Assembly (NCBI RefSeq): GCF_006345805.1
Contig: NW_021832427.1
Coordinates: 1-60,449, forward strand
From: Octopus sinensis
Lineage: Eukaryota
DNA: 60,449 bases
Direction: 5' to 3'
Positions 40,350 through 52,697 of the stretch are shown here, in pieces (the stretch's first letter is position 1; every line of letters begins with the position of its first letter). Made by a program: the position numbers and the translations under genes. The notes under the pieces were generated by a model that worked only from the letters and a program-made list of their open reading frames with translations, made no database searches and had not been told where the DNA came from.

Positions 40350-41405
40350 ATTCTTTCTACTATGGGCACAAGGCCTGAAATTTCATGGAAGGTGCCAGTC
40401 GATTGGATCTTGTCCAGGGCTCGACTGGTACATATTTTATCGAAAGGCAAAGCCGACCTCTGTGTAATTTGAACTTAGAACGTAAAGACTGAAGAAACAC
40501 TGCTTAATATTTTTCCGACGCGCTAATGTTTCTTATTTCTTTATTGCCCACAAGGGGTTAAACTTAGAGGGGACAAACAAGGCCGGACAAGGATATTAAG
40601 TCGATTACATCGACCCCAGTGCGTAACTGCTACTTAGTTTATCGACCCTGAAATGATGAAAGGCAAAGTCGACCTCGGTAGAATTCGAACTCAGGACATA
40701 ACGGCAGAGGAAATACCTATTTCTTTACTACCCACAAGGGGCTAATCACAGAAGGGACAAACAAGGACAGACAAACGGATTAAGTCGATTAAATCGACCC
40801 CAGTGCGTAAATGGTAATTATTTAATCGACCCCGAAAGGATAAAAGGCAAAGTCTACCTCGGCGGAATTTGAGCTCAGAACGTAGCGACAGACGAAATAC
40901 TGTTGAGCATTTCGCCCGGCGTGCTAACGTTTCTGCCAGCTCGCCGCCTTAAAAGGCAAAGTCGACCTCGGTGTAATTTGAACTCCGAACGAAATACCGG
41001 CAGACGAAATACCTATTTCTTTACTACCCACAAGGGGCTAAACACAGAGAGGACAAACAAGGACAGACAAACGGATTAAGTCGATTATATCAACCCCAGT
41101 GCGCAACTGGTACTTATTTAATCGACCCCGAAAAGATGAAAGGCAAAATCGACCTCGGCGGAATTTGAACTCAGAACGTAGCGGCAGACAAGGGGCTAGA
41201 CACAGATGGGACAAACAAGGACAGACAAACAGATTAAGTTGATTATATCGACCCCAGTGCGAAACTGGTACTTAATTTATCAACACCGAAAGGATGAAAG
41301 GCAAAGTCGACCTCGGCCGAATTTGAGCTCAGAGCGTAGCGGCAGACGAAATACCGCTAAGCATTTCGCCCGGCATGTTAACGTTTCTGCCAGCTCGCCG
41401 CCTTA
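40350..41405 (-). repeat. Head-to-tail array of at least 5 SINE A units inside an older A-type copy
   Basis: Units start near 40532, 40718, 40951, 41014 and 41190; tRNA-like heads only at about 40950 and 41405. Confidence 0.85.
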
Positions 41406-42976
41406 GCAAGACAGTTAATGATACGATAAAGTTAAGGGAGCTGCGGTAAATGAAATTAATGTTGTCCAAACAGTGAATATACAATCATATTGGTATATTT
41501 CAGAGAATAAATTACTGATGAAAAACTACAATACGTGCACCTGTACAGAGTAGAGAAGGAATCTGTATATACAGATAGTATTACCATTTACCCTTTTACA
41601 TTCCCCAACCTATATAGTTTCCTATTACCAAGTAGGAACTGTAAAACAATAACGTACGAATAAAAGACAAAAAAAAAACCCATTCAGTACAGAAGCACGA
41701 ACAGACAACAAATTCTAAACTTAGCTTAACTATTGTTGTGTAAATCTATGTTTTATATCCCCTAGGGCTAACATTGGTAAATACATTTGCGTGCAGAATC
41801 TACTAACTGACATCTAACGTTTGTTGAAGAAATAAGAGAAGTATAAAAAGAACCGTCAAATTTCATTAAAACTGGTGTGGCAGCCATCTTGAGTTTCGAG
41901 TGAAAAGTAAATTACCGACCCATTTTATATTTTTCTTTTAAAATTTGGCGATCTTTGATGTCCTTTTTATGTTAAGACATCTAGTTAGAAAAATAAAGAA
42001 TGAATCTACAATAATTACATTCTATCAAATATCCACACAAGCAAACTTTTAAAAACAACATTATTTATTCTGTTTTCTGTACTAGTTCTCTTAAATATAT
42101 TGTAAAAAGAAATGCTGGAAAATTGAAAAGATTTCAAAGTGAAGATAGTATTATGATTCTGGGTATCATATTTATTGGATAAATCACGCATGCGTTTTCA
42201 TTTCTTTATTATAGATCTCCTACAATCGACAGTAGCGAAAATGAAAGTACTTATTGCTTTCGTTTTATCTTTAATGATTTTTAGCATTGTCTCGTTGTAA
42301 TATTCTGGTGAGAAAAGCTAAACAAAGACAGGTGGTTCTTTATTCTTTCTATGCATGTATTTTTGTAATATTATGATTTCAAAATCAACTTTATTTTACT
42401 TTTCTTAAATAATGTTTGAAAGACCTTACCGCGTATTAGAATAAAGCATCGTTCAATAGGGAAAATATTTATGATTGAATGAGAAAATTAAGAACCTAAA
42501 GAAATATATTAAGATTCCAATACGCATGACAATGCTGGAGTATTATTTGGGAAAATTAAAATTAATTTGTATTTAACTTGTAATTAAATATAGGAGCCTA
42601 CAACCCCTTCTCCGGATAAAAACAATAAATGAAAACAACTATTCTTGCTTCATATCAATCGACTATTCAAAAGATTTAAATAACATTAATGAAATTTCAA
42701 AGACTTCCTTTTTATGCGTAAGTACGTTTTCATGTATGCGTATATGAACATATGTATGGCTATATACATACAACCGCAGGATATATGTGTGCATATGTTT
42801 CACACACACACGCATACACAGACACACAGAGTCACACATGCATTCACACAGACGCATACACTCACACATGCATTTACACAGATACAGACACACATGCACG
42901 CACATGCAAGCACCCCCCACACATACACGCACAATTTAGAAGTGTAAATTAAATGTACAACGTATATAGTGTACGA

Positions 42977-43223
42977 CAGTGATTCTCAACTGGGCTCCAT
43001 ATGGCATTGGGAGGTCCATAAAAGATTTTATTAAAATTTATTTGCAATAAATTGGTTATACTGTCACAATACACAAAATATTTAAGTATATTTTAAAAAT
43101 AAATTCTTTATGATATTTAATTACAAAAATGAGATTTTTTAAAACATCGAATGACTATGAGGGTCCAGTAGATTAAAATAGGAATCAAAGGATTGCATTG
43201 GTAAAAATGGTTGAGAACCACTG
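42977..43223. mobile_element. hAT (Charlie-like) MITE
   Basis: TIRs CAGTGATTCTCAAC / GTTGAGAACCACTG; 8-bp TSD GTGTACGA / GTGTACGT. Confidence 0.9.
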
Positions 43224-43256
43224 GTGTACGTTATATTTGCTCTATTATATTTCTCA

Positions 43257-43565
43257 TGTAGAGGCGCAATGGCCCAGTGGCTAGGGCAGCGGAATCGCGA
43301 TCGGAGGATCGCGGTTTCGATTCCCAGACTGGGCGTCGTGTGTGTGTTTATTGAGCGAAAACACCTAAAAGCTCCACGAGTCTCCGTCAGGGAGTGGTGG
43401 CGACTCCTGTTGTACTCTTTCCCCACAACTTTCTCTCACTCTCTCTTCCTGTTTCTTGAGTAACGCTGCGATGGACTGGCGTCCCGTTCAGCTGGGGGGA
43501 ACACATACGCCACAGAAACCGGGAAACCGGGTCCATAAGCCTGGCTAGGCTTCAAAAGGGTGACA
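43257..43565 (+). mobile_element. SINE family C, tail type 3
   Basis: C head and body followed by GCGATGGACTGGCGTCCCGTTCAG... Confidence 0.88.
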
Positions 43566-44147
43566 TTTATCATTATATTTCCCACACTCATACTTGCTTT
43601 AATCCCCAATCTCCTTTTCTCTTTTCTTTATTCTCCCCTCCAATATTTGTCTCTCATTTTCTCAGTTCTCGCTCCAATTTAGCACCCTCTGACTGCTCGA
43701 TTCTTTAAAGGCGCAACGCAAATGCATTATATCTTTGGTCTTAATAAAACCTAAGAAATATACAAATATCTCTTCGAAAAAATTCTCAGTTGATTGTACA
43801 TCGAAAAAAAAAAGAAAAAAGAATATTCTAATTCAACTGTGGATGCACATAGGAAAACATTCTATTTTTCTACGAGCTGTTGCAACAGAGCATTTATTGA
43901 ATACCGTTTTCCATAATGCATGTTATATTTTCTGCATTTTAAAATGTTTTAGATAATTTGATGAAGCGGAGAAATATCTTAAACTCAGGAATAAAATGGG
44001 CATTTTGTCATGTTAATCAAAGTAGTTTACTGGTTCATAAGTCTATTTACAACTTATAAAATTTGTTAAAAAGATATACAAGATTTTCTGGATACTGTAT
44101 AAGATATTAATGAATAAATCTTGTGTCAATTAATAATAAAGGAGAAA

Positions 44148-44360
44148 AAGGTGGCAAGCTAGCAGAATCGTTCCCTCGCCTGGAAAAATGCTTAGTAACA
44201 TTTCTTCCAACTTTACATTCTGAGTTCAAATATCGCCGAGGTCGACTTTTCCTTTTATCCTTTCGAGGTTAACAAAATAAGTACAAGTTGAACACTGGGA
44301 TAGATGTAATCGACTAATTCCCTTCATCTAAATTGCTGGCCTTGTGCCACAATTTGAAAC
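44148..44360 (+). mobile_element. Diverged SINE A-type copy
   Basis: GGTGGCAAGCTAGCAGAATCGTT..GAGTTCAAATATCGCCGAGGTCGACTTT. Confidence 0.75.
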
Positions 44361-44740
44361 GAATAATATAGTAGCGACCCCATCCAACAATGCTGAGCAT
44401 GTCTTTCAGTATGCATGCGTTGGTCCGAGCGAATTCTCTTTAAGAAATACTAGCATTTGCCCATGGATGCTCGTCAGGGGTGTGTATCCAAGGGAAAACT
44501 CAGCGATTTGGGCCGACATCTCCTGGCATCCCAGTGGTCGTAGGCATTAATCTTATGATACACAGAGATGGATAAGATAATGCAAGGCATTTGGTCCAGC
44601 ACTTTAACAATTTCACCCGTCCGTCATCTTGGATAGGTAATTTTATTTACAGAAAAGCATGATATAAAATAAAAAAGGGAATTTTAGTAAAATCCCATAT
44701 TGGTGTTCAATGTGTTTGAAGTTTTACTTGCCCGTATAAT

Positions 44741-44908
44741 GGACGCAGGCGAGCCGGTGGGTTAGATGCTTGCTTCTCAAACACATTGTTTCCGGATTCA
44801 GTCCTACAGCGTGGCACGTTTGGTAATTGTCCTCTAGCGTAAATTTGGGCCGACCAAAACCTTGTGAGTAGATATGGTAGACAGAAATTGAAAGAAGCTA
44901 ATCCTATA

Positions 44909-44941
<33 letters not shown>

Positions 44942-45140
44942 ATGTATGTATATAATTATGTGTGTGTCTCTGTGTCTCTCCCACTATCGTTTGACAACAG
45001 GTGGTCGTGCGTTTACGTCCCCTGTAACTTAGCATTTCGGCAAGAAGAAACCGATAGTCCGAGGGTTGATTTGTTCGACTAAAACTCATCAAGGTGGTGC
45101 TCCAACATGGCTGCAGTCAAATAACTGAAACAAATAAAAT
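44741..45140 (+). mobile_element. Diverged SINE family B
   Basis: Head, internal (TG)n/(TATG)n, tail GCAGTCAAATAACTGAAACAA. Confidence 0.75.
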
Positions 45141-45240
45141 ATAAAGGATACATACACATGCATACATACACACACATATGCACGTGCATACATACACAAA
45201 CATGCAATATATATGTATAAGTACGTATTATATATATATA

Positions 45241-45576
45241 TATTTATATTATATAGAGGGCATTATTACACATAAATGCCACCCGCTAGGAGGGTCTTTC
45301 AAAGTCATTACTACCAAAAATAAACGAATCGTACCGAATGCAGCTCTCGAAGCAAGACATTTAAAAACAGAATTTAGTTCCAGATCACCTGTGATTTCGC
45401 AATTAACGTATTATCTACGAAATCACAGGTGATCTGGAACTAAATTCTGTTTTTAAATGTCTTGCTTCGAGAGCTGCATTCGGTACGATTCGTTTATTTT
45501 TGGTAGTAATGACTTTGAAAGTCCCTCCTAGCGTGTGGCATTTATGTGTAATAATGCCCTCTATATAATATAAATA
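45241..45576. repeat. Near-perfect 159-bp inverted repeat with 18-nt spacer (foldback or MITE)
   Basis: 45241-45399 versus 45418-45576, with two mismatches seen. Confidence 0.95.
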
Positions 45577-45702
45577 AATATTTTCAAGTGAAAAATTTTT
45601 CAGATTTTTTCTCTTATGAGGTTTTTCACGCTAACTACCTGATAATTTCTTGTTAACATTTCTTATTAAGATTTTATCCTTAATTGTTAAACGATATATA
45701 TA

Positions 45703-45839
45703 CGTGGTCTGATCAAAAAGTATCTGGACTGTTGCCATAGTAACAAATATACAGCATGCAGATTGAAGCCGCTCGGCACAGATTGACCTTAAACACTGCG
45801 GTACATGGCCGCAGCTCTGAGCTGAAACTAGAAAAAAAA

Positions 45840-45871
<32 letters not shown>

Positions 45872-46714
45872 GAGATATGATCAATAAGTATCCGGACTGG
45901 TACTATAAAAGCAAAACCACAACACGTACCAATTTCGCATTTAATCTCATTCTAAGTAGTCCCCTTCAGAAGCCGCACACACAATCCGGCGCTGTTTCCA
46001 TTGATGAAAGCATTCCTGGAACTCGTTTTCTGGGATAATCAGCAGTTGCCTCGTCACATTCACTTTGATTTCCTCGACGCCCTGAAATCCTCCTTTCAAG
46101 TGGAATTTGATTTTTGGAAAGAGGAAAAAGTCGCAAGGGTGAGATCTGAGGAATAGGGTCACTGTCGGACCTGGGGAATGCTGTGCCTAGCCAAAAACTG
46201 CTGCACAAGCTGCGCTGAATGAGCAGGTGCGTTGGCAGTTGAAAGCAGTCTTGGCACAGACTTGACAGACATGCGTCCCATTACCCAAATTCTCAGTGAT
46301 AAGGGACTGACGTTAACCGTAACTGATCTGCACATCCTCTGATAACACTCGGATGGTGATTCGACGATTTTCCCTCACGGCTGCACGTACATCTGCGATG
46401 TTTTTCTCAGTTCAGTGGGTTGCAGGTCTCCCAGAAGGTCCGCTGCTCTCGATATTTTTTCAGCTCATATACTCCTCTCCATACACTTTCTGCAACTTTG
46501 CGTTGGTCTCTGAGCAGGTATCGTCAAGCTTCTGGCAAAAGTGGATGCAGATTCAGGGTCAATGCGACGACTACACGCTACACAGTACTTCTGTAAACAG
46601 TGGAAGTGAGCTAGAACGTTAAAACTTAGGGCACATGTACCGCAGTGTTTAAGGTCAATCTGTGCCAAGCGCCTTCAATCTGCAACAGTCCGGATACTTT
46701 TTGATCAGACCACG
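45703..46714 (-). mobile_element. mariner (irritans-like) deletion derivative 45871-46714 plus an extra inverted 5'-end copy 45703-45810
   Basis: TA|CGTGGTCTGATCAAAAAGTATC at 45703 and its reverse complement ending at 46714|TA; inner TIR at 45871. Minus-strand transposase remnants CIHFCQKL..KVYGEE, GRP..VRENRRITI, NAPAHSA, PCDFFLFPKIK..GDYLE*. Confidence 0.85.
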
Positions 46715-47956
46715 TATATATATCGTTTAATGTATACAGCATAAAGACACGAGCTAGTTTCTTACTGTGAAAACACGTGTCTAAGATAATTTTATAACAG
46801 GCCTTGTGTCTTCAAGGCTGTAATTAACACAGACAAATTCACATTTGGAACTTGAGAAAAGTCTTACATATTTTTACTGTTCCACTCACAGATTGCACTT
46901 GTAATGTACGAATTAACTGGTCTATTTCTTTTTCTGAAAATCCCAGTTTATCTAGATTCTCTTTTACTAACAAAACCTAGTACTTCAATTATTATTGGTA
47001 TGAATATGATATCATAGTCTGGATATAGAAGCTGGAAGTTTCGAAGCAGTTGTCCAGAGATATGTATGTGTGTGTGTGTGTGTATATATGTGTGTGTTTG
47101 TGTGTGTGAAAACCGATTTTCTGGTAATATGAATAGACGTTTGTATTTGTATGTATATGTTTGTGTGCATACATGTGTATGTTTGCGTGTGGAGTTATTT
47201 TCTTCTCTCTCTCTTTCTCCAGCATTATTTACCTTTAGCCTACTTTAAAATTTCCTCCCAGGAACTACATTATATTCATTCCTTATCTTCCCTCGTCACT
47301 TCTGCGACTGCGCATGATAGACTTTGGAATTAATTTCCAGGAGTCATTTACAGTCACATATACAGACAGATAGCTAATTGATATAGAGATTTGAAAATGA
47401 TCAGAAACTGACGTCTATAGAATTTTACCAGTTGATTGTTCTTGGTTCTTATGTTTTGAAGGCATTCCACGTATTTATATCAATGAAGAATAGTTTTCTT
47501 TTCTAATCTGAAATTAATTGAAAAAAATCTATATAATTCAGGGAAAATTATGTTCAACAAAATTGAGAAAACTATCAGAGTTCTTACTATAAGGCAGATC
47601 GCAACTTTATTATACTGAATAATAAGGTAAAACTCTCAAGTAGAAATGTTGGCCGTTGGCTGTATTTTACGGTTAGTGTATCTTATATAAAAGTAGTCAA
47701 ATGTTACAAGTTGTAAGAATTCTAATTTCAATGACAGCTCTTAAACATTCAGTAATTTCTTTGCAATGTGATTCGTTACAAAAGAGAACAAGGTATGACA
47801 GAGACACTTGAAAGTAAGAAGACACGAGGGAAAACGATGTTTTATTGTTAGTAGATAAAACAGATGCGATTATTGTCACTCTCAGTTTGAGCTTGCCAAC
47901 GAGGCAATTATTGGAAGCTAACCACCAAATTTTATACATTTTCTTCTTATAATGCT

Positions 47957-48018
<62 letters not shown>

Positions 48019-48483
48019 TATATATATATATTTGACTGTTAGATTTATTCAACAAGACTCCAGATAGAGAACAAACTCGCTTACCGAATGAGAGGGATCT
48101 AAATACGTTCCAAACTCCGAGCTACGAAAATTCGTGTATAAAATAACAAGAAACTGACGTAAGAAAAGACGATGTGAAAATAATCCGATTGTTAGAAGTT
48201 TGTAAAAAAAAATCACAACGCTAAAAGATATATGAATGAAAACAGAACAACTTCAATGCAAAAACACGTAACTTAATGTCGATTATTTGAAAAACTTTTA
48301 GAAACGTAAATACAATCGATACCGTTTAATAATTCACAATTTAGAAAATATATTTTTCAATATTTTAGATTTAATAAGCCTAATTTTAAAACTAATATAC
48401 TACAACACGTACTTAGACTCACGCATTTTATAATCGTAATCGTTATAGAGGCAAGCACGTACATACATGGCGTACACATATAA

Positions 48484-48936
48484 CTTCACTTTGAAGTGAT
48501 ATCACTTTGACCGACCAGTCCGTCAGGCGTCCATTTCACACCGCTGGTCACAGCATGCTGTCCACTCCTCCCTGGATCGCGCCTTTCTCATCCACGTGAT
48601 CCCAATCGTCCTCTTGAAATCGTCACTCCACCGTCGTCGAGGTCTTCCGGGTGGTCTTTTCCGCTCACGCGGGTACCACTCGACAACTGCGTGCGTCCAC
48701 CGATTATCGGTGAGCCGGGCGACGTGTCCAGCCCATCTATACTTGCTGCGAGTATACTCTGCGATGACATCTCTCACGCCGGACTTCTTTCTGATGATGT
48801 TGCTATTTATGTGCTCTCTCAACGAGATACCAAGCATCGACCTTTCCATGGCTCTTTGAGCCGTTATCAGTCTTTGCTCTTCTCTCTTTGTGGTAGCCCA
48901 TGTTTCACTACCATATAACATTGCAGGTAGAACTGA
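48484..48936 (-). mobile_element. RTE-clade LINE 3' fragment
   Basis: VLPAMLYGSETW..QRAMER.MLG..WAGHVAR..DNRWT..WYPR..KRPPGRPRRRWSDD..W...ARSREEW; tail with a repeated CAAAGTGA. Confidence 0.92.
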
Positions 48937-49216
48937 CGGAGGTGACGGCGTACACATATACGAGTTTAAAATATAGAGTTGTGATGAACCATCACCTCGC
49001 ACGCTGCGTTAAGAATACTTGCTATAAGAGTTCTTCACTAGTCTAAGGAATGTTGTTAGTGTTGTGTACCAACTGAGAGCAGAGAGCTTATGAATTATTT
49101 TGCCCGGATTGATAACCCCTCACTATTACAGTTCTATATTTAAGAGATGAAGAAATATGTACGTTATTTACATTATTTACATTTGACGGATGTTTCTCCT
49201 TGTCTTGTTTGTTGCT

Positions 49217-49262
49217 AACACAACGTTTCGGCTGATATACCCTCCAGCCTTCATCAGGTGTC
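49217..49262 (-). ncRNA. Minimal type I hammerhead ribozyme
   Basis: Sense reads GACAC-CUGAUGA-A-GGCUG(GAGGGUAUAU)CAGCC-GAAA-CGUU-GUGUU; stem I 5 bp, palindromic AACGUU, cleavage after GUU. Confidence 0.82.
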
Positions 49263-49361
49263 TTGCAGAAATTTCAAATCTGGTTTCCCATTCCTAAGGT
49301 ATTTTTCGATGATTCTGGTGTTGTTGTTGTTGTTGTTGTTACTTTTGTTGTTGTTATTATT

Positions 49362-49512
49362 ATTCAGGTCAATGTCTGGAATTGAACTCGGAATCTTGGG
49401 GTTAGTAGCCCGCACTCTTAATCACTACATCCACCGGTATATGGCGTGGTCAAGAGCGTGGGCTACTAACCCCAAGATTTCGGGTTCAATTCCAGGCGGT
49501 GACCTGAATAAT
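49362..49512. other. Two divergent tRNA-like (Pol III) SINE heads forming a hairpin
   Basis: B-boxes GAGTTCAATTCC and GGGTTCAATTCC; anticodon-like arm GGG-CTACTAA-CCC; each is followed by GACCTGA(ATA)n. Confidence 0.75.
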
Positions 49513-49581
49513 AATAACAACAACAACAGCAAAAACAACAACAACAACACTAACAACAACAGAAGCAACAACAACAACAGT

Positions 49582-50059
49582 GTAGGAGCAATAGCCCAGT
49601 GGTTAGGGCAGTGGACTCGCGGTCGTAAGACGCGGTTTCGATTCCCAGACCGGACATTGTGAGTGTTTTATTGAGCAAAAACACCTAAGCTCCACGAGGC
49701 TCCGGCGGGGGTAGTGGTAAGCCCCACTGTACCCTTTCACCACAACTTTCTCTCACTCTTTCTTCCTACTTCTGCTACAAAGCAGAGGAACCATGGTGTA
49801 ACCCACTATGTTGTGGTAAACTTTCAGACCCTAGTCTAGATTGCAAATCCTGTGTACACCAGATTGGTTCAGCTCTCTACCCGATAAAAGCCAGCCTTTA
49901 CGGAATGATGATAACAACGTAGCTTTCGCGCCTATGCAACCGCCAGTTTATTGCGTGTGGTGGGTGGATCTTCAAGTTGCCACACGCCTTCTTAGTAGCT
50001 TAGAGTGGGTTCGAATTAGAGAATATTATATGTGGGTAATGGCGTGAGCTCTGATTGGA
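49582..50059 (+). mobile_element. SINE family C, tail type 4 ending in (GAA)n
   Basis: C head; tail homologous to 52175-52697; inserted in the (AAC)n linker of the HHR-SINE. Confidence 0.88.
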
Positions 50060-50156
50060 AGAAGAAGAAGAATAAGAAGAAGAAGAATAAGAAGAAGACG
50101 AAGAAGCAGAATAATAATAATAATAATAATAATACTACTACTACTACTACTACTAC

Positions 50157-50194
<38 letters not shown>

Positions 50195-50201
50195 GGAAGA
50201 A

Positions 50202-50236
<35 letters not shown>

Positions 50237-50333
50237 AGAAGAAGAAGAAGAAGAGAAGAAGAAGAAGAAGAAGAAGAAGAAGAAGAAGAAGAAGAAGAAG
50301 AAGAAGAAGAAGAAGAAGAAGAAGAAGAAGAAG

Positions 50334-50364
<31 letters not shown>

Positions 50365-50452
50365 CGAAGAAGAAGAAGACGACAACAATAGCAATAACAA
50401 CAACATCGAAAAATACCTTAGGAATGAGAAACCAGGTTCGAAACTTCCCCAA

Positions 50453-50498
50453 GACACCTGATGAAGGCTGGAGGGTATATCAGCCGAAACGTTGCGTT
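50453..50498 (+). ncRNA. Minimal type I hammerhead ribozyme
   Basis: GACAC-CTGATGA-A-GGCTG..CAGCC-GAAA-CGTT-GCGTT; one stem I mismatch relative to the minus copy. Confidence 0.75.
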
Positions 50499-50669
50499 AA
50501 CAACAAACAAGATGATGACAAATATCCGACAAATGTAAATAATGTAAACAATGTACCCTCACTATTTGGTATATATACAATATATATATATATATATATT
50601 AATAAATAAAACATATGCATATATATAAACATATATATACGTACCTACCTCTACATGTATATATACACG

Positions 50670-50960
50670 CATATATGAGTACAGGACACCAAAAAGACGT
50701 CGAACATAGAAAACATAGACACAAAACCCAGGAACTGGACATTTTTTTAAACAACAAAAAATTGAGTACAGGACAATTAACACAAAGAAAAAACCCCTTC
50801 TTCAGTCGCCATGGTTTCATCTACTCTACGTTTCGAAGGTGAAGGCGAGACGTATCTTCGATAAGAAACTTTCCTTCCTGCGAAAAGCAAATCAATTAAC
50901 ATTTGAGATCTTTTCAGGACAGTAACGACAGTACAAAATATAAACAGTAAAAGACTGGAC
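50670..50960 (-). mobile_element. Possible PLE-type tail with a half-hammerhead
   Basis: Sense ..CUUC-GAAA-CGUA-GAGU at 50823-50840 with a degenerate 5' core; direct repeat GAGTACAGGACA; bounded by (TA)n. Confidence 0.35.
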
Positions 50961-50980
50961 AAGGAAAATATATATATATA

Positions 50981-51016
<36 letters not shown>

Positions 51017-51414
51017 TATTTATACATATGTTCGTAAATATGGTGTACGCGTGAATATGTGAGTTAGTGTTTATGTGTTACTTGTGTTTAACGTACCGTG
51101 AGTACATGGAAATTACAGAATAAATTGATCAAGTATTGAACTTCTTAGAAAATCGCACAGTCAGCAACTTTCGGCTTTAATGATTTGATAAACCGACACA
51201 GCAGGTGATGTCGACATTTACAATGACGTCATAGTCTTTCATTCCTTCCTTCATTTATTCATTCATTTACTCATTTTATTTAATTAATTTATTTATTTAC
51301 ATGTTTATTCATCTGTTCATTCATTCAGATAGACTGTTTTCGTTATCTTTCTGCACTATGAAAATTAAAAAAAAAAATCAAGGAAGCTCGTATCAAGCAC
51401 ACACACATACACAT

Positions 51415-51454
<40 letters not shown>

Positions 51455-52174
51455 CAGCCCACAACGGAAGCAGAAACAATTATGAAATTAATTATACATT
51501 GTTATTGATTTTCTTCCAGGTTATTTATCTTATAAAAATATCTGTGTAATGATTTATTTCTTCATCTTATTAAAAATTGAAATCACTCTGCCCAATATAA
51601 TGCCTCTTGATTGTATTATGATTTCATTCTCCCTTAAACATTTTCCTTTTTATGAATAAAATGATAGAAAAATGATAAATAAAATGATAAAAAAAAGTTA
51701 CACGCACTGACAAAACTCCCAAACAAAACAGACCAAAACGAAACTTTCTCTTCCAAGTATATGTTTGTAATATTTCCATATACTGGTTTTATAGATAAAT
51801 AAATAACGAAACTATAGCTATTAACTATGCATATAGCTTATGAAATTTTTTTGATGTTTTGTATTTAGATTGAATTGGAGAAGTAGTTATTGTAGGACTT
51901 GACTACTTAACTAGACCAATATGGAGGACGATGCAGCAGATGTTCATCTTGGATTTCCGCAGAACGAGATTTGTGGCAAGGGAAAAAATAGGATATGTCT
52001 GCTCTATGAAGAAAGGGGAAACAGTGACGAAAAACTGGAGGCTTTACAACTTGATGCTAACCCAGTTAGTGAGCAACAGCAGGGAAAAATAGGCACTACG
52101 CCAGAGACTTTGTGAAACGATAAGCATAGCTGCGTAGCTGAATTTCATTCCACGTAACAGCTGTAACAGCATCT

Positions 52175-52659
52175 GTAGAGGCGCAATGGCCCAGTGGTTA
52201 GGGCAACGGACTGGTGGTTGTAAGAACGCGGTTTCGATTCCCAGACCGGGCATTGTGAGTGTTTATTGAGCAAAAACACCTAAGCTCAACAAGACTCCGG
52301 CGGGTGGTGGTGGTGAACCCACTGTACTCTTTCACCACAACTTTCTCTCACTCTTTCTTCCTACTTCTGCTACAAAGCAGAGGAACCATGGTGTAAACCA
52401 CTGTGGTGTGGAAAACTTTCAGACCCTAGTCTAAGTTGCGAATCCTCTGTACTCCAGGATGGTTCAGCTCTCCACTCGTTAAAAGCCACCCTTTACGGAA
52501 TGAGGATAACAACGTAATTTTCGCGCCCGTGCAACCGCCAGTCTATCGCGTGTGGTGGGTGGATTTTCAAGTTTCCACACGCATTCTTAGTAGCTTAGAG
52601 TAGGCTCGAATTAGAGATTATTCTTTGTGGCTAATGGGGTGAGTCCTGATTGGAAGAAG

Positions 52660-52691
<32 letters not shown>

Positions 52692-52697
52692 GAAGAA
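52175..52697 (+). mobile_element. SINE family C, tail type 4, complete
   Basis: 12-bp TSD GTAACAGCATCT at 52163-52174 and 52698-52709; (GAA)n tail. Confidence 0.92.

Larger units (their letters stand above)
49128..50555. mobile_element. Head-to-head pair of a tRNA-headed, hammerhead-tailed SINE with a later SINE C insertion
   Basis: Minus copy about 49128-49436, plus copy about 49438-50555; 11-bp direct repeat CCCTCACTATT at 49117-49127 and 50556-50566. Confidence 0.8.

Noticed and set aside
49438-49512. tRNA gene with anticodon ACT
   Set aside because: No acceptor stem can be formed and it runs into a SINE linker; treated as a SINE head.
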